Shown: positions 54,252 through 64,000 of the stretch, piece after piece
Layout of the letters: every line of letters starts with the position of its first letter
How positions within the stretch are numbered: the stretch's first letter is position 1
NCBI GenBank assembly: GCA_035570495.1
Contig: DATMLO010000127.1
Span: 5,173 to 69,172, forward strand
Direction: 5' to 3'
DNA from: Stellaceae bacterium
GTDB lineage: Bacteria > Pseudomonadota > Alphaproteobacteria > ATCC43930 > CGMCC-115725
DNA length: 64,000 nucleotides
Notes under the pieces: generated by a model
Told to the model about the DNA's origin: nothing
Seen by the model: the letters and a program-made list of their open reading frames with translations, nothing else
The model's database searches: none
Program-made: the position numbers and the translations under genes

Positions 54252-54451
54252 CTAAATCACGCTCCCCTGCGGCGCTGTAGCAACTCGTGGCAACCAGGAC
54301 GCCGGCCCCTCGGCCGACACCGCTGACGCGGCGCAACAAACGCTGCGCGCGAACACAGAGGTCGCCGATTTTAGTTGAGTAATGGTTGACGACGCGGCGC
54401 GTGGCCGAAACGATGCCGCCCACGCTCGCTGCTTTCTGGAGGTGTCCGGTC

Positions 54452-54865
54452 ATGGCGCATTGGCTCGTGAAATCCGAACCGGTCAAGTACCCGTGGGAGC
54501 AGATGGTCAAGGACAAGCGCACCCACTGGGACGGCGTCCATAATTTTCAGGCCGCCAACAACATGAAGGCGATGAAGAAGGGCGAGCGCGTGTTTTTCTA
54601 CCACTCGAACGAGGGGAAGGAGATCGTCGGAGTGGTCGAGATCGTGCGCGAGTTCTATCCCAACCCAGACGAGCCGAGCCCGCATTTTGGCCTGGTCGAT
54701 GTCGCGCCGGTCATGCCGGTGAAGACGCCGGTGACGCTCACCGAAATGAAGGCAACGCCGGAATTGACGAACATGGCGCTGATCCGCCAGTCGCGGCTGT
54801 CGGTCTGCCCGGTGACGGACGCGGAGTGGGCCACGATCTGCAAGATGGCGGGGATCGAGGCTTAA
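54452..54865 (+). CDS. EVE (PUA-like) domain protein
   Basis: The ATG at 54452 follows GGAGG. MAHWLVKSEP...WDGV.NFQA.NNMKAMKKGERVFFYHS... is typical of EVE/Thy28 domain proteins. Confidence 0.85.
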   Translation: MAHWLVKSEPVKYPWEQMVKDKRTHWDGVHNFQAANNMKAMKKGERVFFYHSNEGKEIVGVVEIVREFYPNPDEPSPHFGLVDVAPVMPVKTPVTLTEMKATPELTNMALIRQSRLSVCPVTDAEWATICKMAGIEA

Positions 54866-54928
54866 CCCTCACCCTCCCATCGCTGCCGCGATGGGCCCCT
54901 CCCTCTCCCGCAAGCGGTAGAGGGGTTT
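54866..54928. repeat. REP-like element, copy R3
   Basis: It starts on the base after the EVE stop codon: ccctcaccc tCCCATCGCtgccGCGATGGG cccctCCCTCTcccgcaagcggtAGAGGGgttt. Confidence 0.8.
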
Positions 54929-55018
54929 AGGTACCGCATCCGCGAGACAAAAATTGCACCCTCCGGCACTCTGCGCCATACCTCACGAAAGCGTTCAGTC
55001 GTACCCGGGAGGAGCGAG

Positions 55019-56965
<1,947 letters not shown>

Positions 56966-57004
56966 CCTCCCTGCCCGACCGTTGTTGAAGCGCTTGGCGA
57001 GGGG

Positions 57005-57652
57005 GTGAACATGATGCGGGATGGGCGATTTGCGGCCAACAGGCGGGCCGTGCTGTTGCTCCTGTCGGCCGGAGCGCTGGGCGGCGCATCCGCCCTGTCG
57101 CCGGCATGGGCCGTGCCGGGGCCGGGGCCGAGCGCGATCATCCAGGGCTTCTACGGCGAGCTGCTCGATACGATGAAGCAGGCCGCGACGCTGGGTGTGA
57201 AAGGCCGCTATCAGAAGCTGGAGCCGGTCATCTTCAAAACCTGCGACGTGCCGTACATGGCCAAGCTGACGATCGGCAGCGTGATCTGGAACGGGCTGAC
57301 GCCGGACAAAAAACAAGTGGCGGCGAAAGCCTATGGCCGCTACCTCACCGCCGTGTACGCCAGCCAGTTCGACGGCTATTCCGGCGAAAAGTTCGACGTG
57401 CTCGGCGAGCAGAAGGTGACGCGTGGGATGCTGGTCAAATCGCGCATCGTCAAATCCGACGGGTCGCCGGTGACGATCAACTACATGGTGCACGACAACG
57501 AAATCGGCTGGCAGATCCGCGACGTCTACGAAACCGGGACGATCAGTCAGCTGGCGACGCAGCGCTCCGACTTCAGCCAAATCCTGCGCACCAGCGGGAT
57601 CGATGGGCTGATCGCCGCGCTCAACAAAAAGGCCGACGACCTCCAAGGCTGA
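57005..57652 (+). CDS. MlaC/Ttg2D-family periplasmic lipid-binding protein
   Basis: It has a signal peptide. ...YGRYLTAVYASQFDGYSGEKFDV... and GWQIRDVYETGTISQLATQRSDF fit the MlaC fold family. Confidence 0.65.
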   Translation: MNMMRDGRFAANRRAVLLLLSAGALGGASALSPAWAVPGPGPSAIIQGFYGELLDTMKQAATLGVKGRYQKLEPVIFKTCDVPYMAKLTIGSVIWNGLTPDKKQVAAKAYGRYLTAVYASQFDGYSGEKFDVLGEQKVTRGMLVKSRIVKSDGSPVTINYMVHDNEIGWQIRDVYETGTISQLATQRSDFSQILRTSGIDGLIAALNKKADDLQG

Positions 57653-57676
57653 TCGCGGCGAGGCGTGCCGCTTCCG

Positions 57677-58840
57677 CTATTCGTTGGGCTTGCGGCTGCG
57701 GATGCCGTCGGCCATTCGCGTGGCGCGGTCGAGTTCGTCGCTGTTGAGGCCGGCCTTTAGGCGGACAAGCGCGCCTTCCGCCTTCGCAGAGCCCTGCAGC
57801 GAGGCGAAGCTGTAATAGACATAGGCGCGCACCACGTCTTTCGAGACCCCGTGCCCTTCCTCAAGCGCCGCGCCAAACTCGTAGCATCCGGCCGGGCTGC
57901 CCTTCTCGGCGGCCCGGTAAAACCACACGGCCGCCTTTGGCAGATCGACCGTGCCGGTCAAACCATCGCGATAGATCTGCCCGAGTTGGAGATAGGCCTC
58001 GACATCGCCCTGATCGCCCGCACGTGACAACCATTCGATCGCCGATACTGGGTCGGGCGCGACGCCGTTTCCATGAAGATAGCGCTCGCCGATATTGCGC
58101 TCGGCGACGGGCTGACCGGCGACCGCCGCCTTCATCATCCACTCGAAGGCCTTGTCCTGGTCGCGCGGCACCGCGATGCCCCAGCTGTACATGTAGCCGA
58201 GCCGGTTCATCGCCCAGGAGCTCCCACGACCGGCCGCACGCCGGCAATCGGCCAGCGCCTGGTCCGCATCGCGCGGCACGCCCATACCCTCGCTGTACAA
58301 CCAGCATAACTGCGCGGGCGCCTCGGGATGCCCGAGCGCATCGGCCAGCCGGTACCAGTAAAGTCCCTCTGCCTTGTCGACCGGCCGGCCGTACATCCCC
58401 CGGTCGCGAATCTTACCGAGCCAATAAGCCGCGGTCGGCTGGCCCTGCTGCGCCGCCTTGAGCAGCAGAGCCTCGGCCTCGGCGTAATGCTCGTTGGGGC
58501 CGAGCGTGTCGAGCAGGACGCCAGCCAGCAAATACTGCGCGTTGGCATCGCCGGCCTCCGCGTCCTTCTCGACCATCGCGCGCGCCGTGTCGCTGTGGAC
58601 AGTCATCGCCGTCCACGCTTCGCGCAGTTGTGCCAGTCGCTTGGGATCAGGATTACCCCACCAAGGCAGATGCGCGAGCGTGTCGCGCTGCATCTCAGTC
58701 AGTTCGACGAGGCCGCGGGACGGCTCCGACACGCTCGGGCTGTCCGACGGCGTGTCGGCCCGCACGGGCAAGGCGAGGATCGGGATAAATCCCGCGGCAA
58801 GGAGCGCGGATCGCCAGCGGGACGAGCGGTTGATCGACAT
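57677..58840 (-). CDS. Sel1-repeat (TPR-like) periplasmic protein
   Basis: It has a signal peptide and about 7 Sel1 repeats (A..W...AA..G...A...LG..Y..G.GV..D). Confidence 0.85.
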   Translation of the reverse strand: MSINRSSRWRSALLAAGFIPILALPVRADTPSDSPSVSEPSRGLVELTEMQRDTLAHLPWWGNPDPKRLAQLREAWTAMTVHSDTARAMVEKDAEAGDANAQYLLAGVLLDTLGPNEHYAEAEALLLKAAQQGQPTAAYWLGKIRDRGMYGRPVDKAEGLYWYRLADALGHPEAPAQLCWLYSEGMGVPRDADQALADCRRAAGRGSSWAMNRLGYMYSWGIAVPRDQDKAFEWMMKAAVAGQPVAERNIGERYLHGNGVAPDPVSAIEWLSRAGDQGDVEAYLQLGQIYRDGLTGTVDLPKAAVWFYRAAEKGSPAGCYEFGAALEEGHGVSKDVVRAYVYYSFASLQGSAKAEGALVRLKAGLNSDELDRATRMADGIRSRKPNE

Positions 58841-58916
58841 CGGCTTGCCGGTCAGTGGGGAACTGCTCGACGATAAACTCGAGCAGATTGAAGGAAGATT
58901 AAACCCAAGCCCCGGC

Positions 58917-58942
58917 CGGCAACCGGCAGAACCGCGCGGGGG
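58917..58942 (+). repeat. 26-bp exact direct repeat, copy 2
   Basis: It is identical to 56935-56960. It lies in the gap between the FGE-like and Sel1 genes. Confidence 0.9.
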
Positions 58943-58960
58943 GCTTGAGCGCTTTGATCC

Positions 58961-60052
58961 CTAGTCGTCGGGCGACCGGGCGAGGCGCATTCCGTCGCCG
59001 GTGGAGGTGTAGGTGACAAGCCGGTACGGCAGATTGTTTGTGCGGGCGGTGACCCGAAAGCTGTTGACTCCCCAGTCGCCGGTCGACCAGGTTCCGCCGC
59101 GAAGCACACGATACTCACAGCCTGGTTGCTCGAAAGCAGCGCCGTCGGTCGGCGTGTCTCGATAGCTGTTGACCCAGCAATCCTCGACCCACTCGCTGAC
59201 GTTGCCGAGCATGTCGTAAAGACCCCACGGGTTCGGCTTGAACGACCCTACGGGCGCCGGACCCCGGAAGCCATTGTCGCAGTGCGCGAAGTCGCCAAAT
59301 CGAAGCTTGGCGGGATCCTTGCCGGTCGGGGTGAGACTGACGTTTTCATAGGTGCAGGCTTCCTTGGTATCAGGGCCCCAATAGTAGGGTCCCGTCGTCC
59401 CGGCACGCGCCGCGTACTCCCATTCCGCTTCGGTCGGGAGGCGGTAATGACCGTGACCGAACAGCGAGATCAGCCGGGCAAAGCGCCTGGCGTCATCCCA
59501 GCTCAGATAGCCGACCGGCAGAGGATCGCCTTTAAGTTCTTTGAGCTGGCGCAACATGTCGGGTCTGCCCTCAGCAAACGACTTTACGAGCGGATCGGTC
59601 GGGTCAGGATCATTGGGGAAGAACATGACCTGCCGCCATTCCGCCTGGGTGACTTCGTGCACGCCAAGATCAAACGCCTTAAGACAGACATTATGCGTCG
59701 GGCCTTCAAAGAATATGCCGGGTCCCCGCTCGTCACTGCCCATCATGAAGCAGCCCTGCGGGATACGGGCGAATTGCATTTCGGCCTCGACGGTACGCAC
59801 GCCGCGCCAAACCAGACCAGCCCAGACGGCGAGCGGGACGAGCGGCAATCCGGCGACGAGCAGCGCCCGGTTTCGCGCGGCGCGGGCGCCCAACGCGGCC
59901 CGCCGGTCGGCGTAGACGCACCCGGCGAAGAGGCTGACGAGCGCGGCCAGCACGACCGCACCGAACGGGGAAAACTGCACCAGCGGGTAGGTGACGGCCT
60001 CGAGAAGCATCAGGGCGATAAACGATAGCGTCCCGTAGCCCAGCCCGTTCAT
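58961..60052 (-). CDS. membrane-anchored formylglycine-generating-enzyme (SUMF1/FGE-sulfatase) domain protein
   Basis: It has three N-terminal TM segments followed by RLPTEAEWEYAARAG, GNVSEWVEDCW and RVLRGGTW. Confidence 0.85.
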   Translation of the reverse strand: MNGLGYGTLSFIALMLLEAVTYPLVQFSPFGAVVLAALVSLFAGCVYADRRAALGARAARNRALLVAGLPLVPLAVWAGLVWRGVRTVEAEMQFARIPQGCFMMGSDERGPGIFFEGPTHNVCLKAFDLGVHEVTQAEWRQVMFFPNDPDPTDPLVKSFAEGRPDMLRQLKELKGDPLPVGYLSWDDARRFARLISLFGHGHYRLPTEAEWEYAARAGTTGPYYWGPDTKEACTYENVSLTPTGKDPAKLRFGDFAHCDNGFRGPAPVGSFKPNPWGLYDMLGNVSEWVEDCWVNSYRDTPTDGAAFEQPGCEYRVLRGGTWSTGDWGVNSFRVTARTNNLPYRLVTYTSTGDGMRLARSPDD

Positions 60053-60088
60053 CGAGTGATTATCCGAGCGCTTGGCGGCCGACGACGT

Positions 60089-60592
60089 TCAGCCGGCCGG
60101 CGGGTCCTCGACGAATTTGTAATCGAAGTTGCAGTGGCTGGCGCCCTGCATGATCGTCTGCGTGCGGGTTAATTTGAGGCGCTTGTCGTAACCCTCGCAG
60201 AACGTCGCGTCGCGCTGGCACGAGAGAAGGTGGCCGATCTCGCCGAGGCCCATCTCGCGATACATTTCGGCGTAGCGGCACCGCGTCACGTTGAAGACGT
60301 AGCTCGTATCGCTCTCTTCCTTGACGTCGACAGTCAGCGCGTCGCCGAGGCGCCAAAGCGTCTGGCGCTCGATAAAGGTCCGCATGGAGGTCTTGCCGCC
60401 GACCTTCGCGGCAAATTCCGCCGCCTGTTCGACCGAGGAGCGGCGCACCGCATTGGCGACCGTATCGCGCGCGGCCGTTTCGCCGTGGCTCGCCTTTAGC
60501 GCGTCGTAGACATGCTTCAAAATTGCCGCCTCGATGCGACGGCGCTCGAGCATCGGGATCGGTGCGGCGGGCGTCGGGTTTTCATCGGGCAT
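60089..60592 (-). CDS. L-2-amino-thiazoline-4-carboxylic acid hydrolase family protein
   Basis: TRCRYAEMYREMGLGEIGHLLSCQRDATFCEGY and RTQTIMQGASHCNFDY match the ATC_hydrolase family pattern. Confidence 0.7.
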   Translation of the reverse strand: MPDENPTPAAPIPMLERRRIEAAILKHVYDALKASHGETAARDTVANAVRRSSVEQAAEFAAKVGGKTSMRTFIERQTLWRLGDALTVDVKEESDTSYVFNVTRCRYAEMYREMGLGEIGHLLSCQRDATFCEGYDKRLKLTRTQTIMQGASHCNFDYKFVEDPPAG

Positions 60593-60626
60593 GGCTCGAT
60601 CCTCTCACTGCCTTCGTGTTCTGAGC

Positions 60627-63600
60627 TTAATCCAGAGCCTGGCGGAGTTGGCGACCGGCGACGACGAGCATCGCGAGGTCGGGTGTGATCGCGGCGCGCA
60701 GTGCCGTGGCGACGGTGTCGGCCGGCTGAAGTGCGGCGGCATGGGCGGCTGTCCAGGCCGCGACCGGGTCTTCTGCACCGTTCGAGGATTTGAGCACGCG
60801 CTCGGCGAGATCGGCTTGCAGCGCGTAGAAATCGTCGATCAGGGTTTCGACTGCGGCCTTTTGCCATTGCGTCTCGGCGGGCAGCCGGCGCGCGGCGTCG
60901 CGCAAGCCGTCGAGCGCAAAGCGCGCGCCGACGCCATAAAAAACCGAGGCGGCTCGATCTATCGCCTGATCCGACCGCTCGGCCAGGTCGCCGATCTCGA
61001 AGGCCGTGGTCAGAAAGACGATCGCACCGATTTGCGCGGCGGTTTGCGGCGGCACACCGGCCTCGACTAGCCGCGCGACGCGACGGTCGAGCAGCGCGCG
61101 CTCATCGGCCGGAAGCAGGTCACCGATCGTCTCGGACAGATGCGCGACCGCCGGCGCAAAACGCGCGATTTCCGCAAACCCCACGCGGCCGGCGCGCAGC
61201 AGCCAGGTCGCGGCGTGCTCGACGATCCCGGCGATGTCGAGCAGCATCTCGTATTGCGTCGCCGCCGGAACCTTGTTGTCGAGCGCTTCGATCGCCGCCC
61301 AGAGCGGCGGCAGCGCGAAGGCCTCGCGCACGATGCGATAGGCGCGGGCGATGTCGGCCGGCCCGCTTCCGGTGCGCGCCGCGAGATCGTGGACAAAGGT
61401 GAGGCCGCCGCGATTGATGACATCGTTGGCGACGACCGTCGCGGCGATCTCGCGCCGCAGCGGGTGCGCGGCGATCGATGGGGCAAACCGTTCGCGCAAC
61501 GCCGGCGGAAAATAAAGGCGCAATTCCTCGGCCAATTCCGGCGCGTCCGGCAGGTCGGAGCTGACCAACTCTTCGTCCAGCGACATCTTCGCGTAGGCGA
61601 GCAGCACCGAAAGCTCGGGCCGGGTAAGGCCGCGCCCCGAAGCGGCCCGCGCGGCGATCTCCGCCTCGTCAGGGAGGAACTCCAGCGCGCGGTCGAGGCG
61701 GCCCGATTTTTCGAGTTCGCGGATCATCCGCGCCTGGCTGTCGAGCGCCGCATGCCCGCGCGCCTCGGCGACCGACAGCGCCTCGCCCTGGAGATAGTTG
61801 TCGCACAGCACGAGCGCGGCGACATCATCGGTCATCTCCGCGAGCAGCTTTTCGCGCTCGGATGCGGCGAGGGCGCCGGTGGCGATCGCGTGGCCGAGCA
61901 ATATTTTGATGTTGACCTCGTGGTCCGACATCGAGACGCCGGCCGAATTGTCGATCGCGTCGGTGTCGATGCGTCCGCCCTTCTGGGCATAGGCGATGCG
62001 GCCGCGCTCGGTGACGCCGAGATTGGCGCCCTCGCCGACGACCCGCGCGCGGATCTCCTCGCCATCGATGCGCAGCGCGTCATTGGCCTTGTCGCCGACC
62101 TCGCCGTTTGTCTCCGCGCGCGCCTTGATAAAGGTGCCGATGCCGCCAAAGAACAACAGGTCGACCTCGGCGCGCAGCAAATGGCGGATCAATTCGGCCG
62201 GGGTCAATTCGTTCGCGACGACGCCGAAGACGCGCTGCATCTCAGGGCTTATCGGGATCGATTTCAGGCTGCGCTCAAAGACGCCACCGCCCGGCGAGAT
62301 CAAGCTTCGGTCGTAATCGCTCCAGCCGAGGCGCGGGTTCTCGAAGAGACGCTTGCGCTCGGCATAGCTCTTCGCCGGGTCGGGATCGGGGTCGATAAAG
62401 ACGCGCAGGTGGTTGAACGCGCCGACAAGCCGGATGTGGCGCGACTGCAGCATGCCGTTGCCGAACACGTCGCCGGCCATGTCGCCGACGCCGATTACGG
62501 TGAAATCGGTGGATTGGATGTCGGTGCCGAGCTCACGGAAGTGGCGCTTGACGAGCTCCCAGGCACCGCGCGAGGTGATGCCGATTTCCTTGTGGTCATA
62601 ACCGGCCGAGCCGCCGCTGGCGAAGGCGTCGCCAAGCCAGAAGCCGTAATCGATGGCGATGCCATTGGCGGTGTCGGAAAAGGTCGCGGTGCCCTTGTCG
62701 GCGGCGACGACCAGATACGGGTCGTCGGGATCGTGGCGCACGACGTCGCGCGGCGGCTCGATGTGTTGCGTCTGCGGGCTGTCGGCGACGATGTTGTCGG
62801 TCAAATCCAAGAGACCGTGCATCAGAATCTTGTAGCACTCGATCCCCTCGGCCTGGAGTTCGGTGCGGTAGTTCGGGCCGGGCGACGGCGGGCGCTTGAG
62901 GACAAATCCACCCTTTGATCCTACCGGGATGATCACGGCATTCTTGACGGTCTGCGCCTTCATCAGGCCGAGGATTTCGGTGCGGAAATCCTCGCGCCGG
63001 TCGGACCAGCGGATGCCACCGCGCGCCACCTTGCCGGCGCGCATATGCACGCCTTCCGTGCGCGGGCTGTAGACATAAATCTCGAACAGCGGGCGCGGCA
63101 GCGGCAGGAGGTCGATCTCGCTCGAGGCGAGCTTGACCGCGAGGTAGGGCTTGGGGCTGCCGTCGGCTCGCGGCTGGAAGTAGTTGGTACGCACCGATTT
63201 GAGGATCAGCTGCAGGAAGCCGCGCAGGATGCGGTCTTCGTCGAGGCTTTCGACCGCGTTAAGGTCTTCCTCGATCGCCTGCAGCGCGGCGGCGATGTCG
63301 AGCGAGCTGCCTTTTGGCGGGGTAAGGCTGAAGCGCGCCTCGAACAGCGTCACCAGGCGGCGGGCGATACGCGCATGCGCGGCCAGCGTGTCTTCCATGT
63401 AGGCCTGGCTGAACGCGCTGCCGGCCTGGCGCAGAACCTTGCAGTAGAGCCGTAGGATCGTCGTCTGCCCCGCGGTCAGGCCGCAGCCGAGCACCAGGCG
63501 GTTGAACCCGTCATTGTCGATGTCACCGATGGCGACGGCAACCAGCGCCGCCTCGAAATTCCGGCGCGTCGCCTCGGCGACAGGGCCGGCGACCGTCCCC

Positions 63601-64000
63601 GCCGCAAGCACGAATTCGTGCACCCAGGCTGCCTTGCCATCGGCGCTGTCGACGCGATAGGCGTCTTCCGCGACGATGCGCAGCCCGAGATTTTCGAGGA
63701 TCGGCAGCACGTCGGAGAGGATGACCGGCGTGTCCTGGCGATAAAGCCGCAGCCCCGGCGTCGGGTCGGCGTCTCGCGGGTGCAGCGAGGCCTCAAGCGG
63801 CGAGCCAGCCAGCACCTTGTCGATCGGTGCGAGATCGGCGACGGCCTGCGCCGGCGTGGTGCGCGCCTGGTAGTCGGCGGGAAACGTCGCGACGCGGCTC
63901 AGCCGGCGATGCGCCTCGGCCTCGGCAAACGCCGTCTCGGCGGCCGTCTCGACCCGGTCGAGCCAGGAACGCGCGGCCTCGACGAGCCGTGCCTCCAGGG
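60627..64000 (-). CDS. large NAD-specific glutamate dehydrogenase (about 1600-aa class), C-terminal about 1120 residues; the N-terminus lies right of the window
   Basis: GGIRWSDR, VPVGSKGGFV and GDMAGDVFGNGML are hallmarks of the Bac_GDH family. The frame stays open from 63815 to the window edge. Confidence 0.95.
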   Translation of the reverse strand, partial: LEARLVEAARSWLDRVETAAETAFAEAEAHRRLSRVATFPADYQARTTPAQAVADLAPIDKVLAGSPLEASLHPRDADPTPGLRLYRQDTPVILSDVLPILENLGLRIVAEDAYRVDSADGKAAWVHEFVLAAGTVAGPVAEATRRNFEAALVAVAIGDIDNDGFNRLVLGCGLTAGQTTILRLYCKVLRQAGSAFSQAYMEDTLAAHARIARRLVTLFEARFSLTPPKGSSLDIAAALQAIEEDLNAVESLDEDRILRGFLQLILKSVRTNYFQPRADGSPKPYLAVKLASSEIDLLPLPRPLFEIYVYSPRTEGVHMRAGKVARGGIRWSDRREDFRTEILGLMKAQTVKNAVIIPVGSKGGFVLKRPPSPGPNYRTELQAEGIECYKILMHGLLDLTDNIVADSPQTQHIEPPRDVVRHDPDDPYLVVAADKGTATFSDTANGIAIDYGFWLGDAFASGGSAGYDHKEIGITSRGAWELVKRHFRELGTDIQSTDFTVIGVGDMAGDVFGNGMLQSRHIRLVGAFNHLRVFIDPDPDPAKSYAERKRLFENPRLGWSDYDRSLISPGGGVFERSLKSIPISPEMQRVFGVVANELTPAELIRHLLRAEVDLLFFGGIGTFIKARAETNGEVGDKANDALRIDGEEIRARVVGEGANLGVTERGRIAYAQKGGRIDTDAIDNSAGVSMSDHEVNIKILLGHAIATGALAASEREKLLAEMTDDVAALVLCDNYLQGEALSVAEARGHAALDSQARMIRELEKSGRLDRALEFLPDEAEIAARAASGRGLTRPELSVLLAYAKMSLDEELVSSDLPDAPELAEELRLYFPPALRERFAPSIAAHPLRREIAATVVANDVINRGGLTFVHDLAARTGSGPADIARAYRIVREAFALPPLWAAIEALDNKVPAATQYEMLLDIAGIVEHAATWLLRAGRVGFAEIARFAPAVAHLSETIGDLLPADERALLDRRVARLVEAGVPPQTAAQIGAIVFLTTAFEIGDLAERSDQAIDRAASVFYGVGARFALDGLRDAARRLPAETQWQKAAVETLIDDFYALQADLAERVLKSSNGAEDPVAAWTAAHAAALQPADTVATALRAAITPDLAMLVVAGRQLRQALD

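Overview
This is a 64-kb, high-GC chromosomal segment. The gene content and repeat families look alphaproteobacterial, probably Hyphomicrobiales- or Rhodospirillales-like, but that assignment is inference only. Coding density is high and most genes are ordinary housekeeping or metabolic genes: GST, HAD hydrolase, MBL hydrolases, enoyl-CoA hydratase, xthA, lolA, ftsK, an aminotransferase, acs, a large NAD-glutamate dehydrogenase, a YbbA/YbbP-type ABC pair with a divergent TesA-like esterase, an MFS transporter, a BI-1/YccA protein, a sensor kinase and a PAS-GGDEF cyclase. I found no rRNA, tRNA, CRISPR array, transposase, integrase or recognisable defence system.

The most unusual locus spans 6.8-23.5 kb. 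An 11-gene, almost gap-free minus-strand string joins four glycosyltransferases, a histidine phosphatase, a deacetylase-like protein and a small membrane protein to a Yej-like peptide ABC importer. Facing it divergently is a 917-aa ABC exporter. Its nucleotide-binding domain has a triplicated helical module and substitutions at three catalytic motifs, and a stand-alone cNMP-binding protein follows it.

Other points worth a second look:
- an AAA+ ATPase with a near-perfect MshEN (c-di-GMP-binding) motif
- an orphan CoxL-like molybdopterin subunit translationally coupled to a membrane desaturase-like protein
- a 26-bp exact direct repeat bracketing a 2-kb two-gene cassette at the 3' end of acs
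- an apparent insertion between lolA and ftsK
- two SD-containing perfect palindrome arrays in intergenic regions
- a family of REP-like GC-rich hairpin elements that supply stop or start codons to flanking genes

Every functional call rests on reading motifs in the supplied translations. No database search was run.
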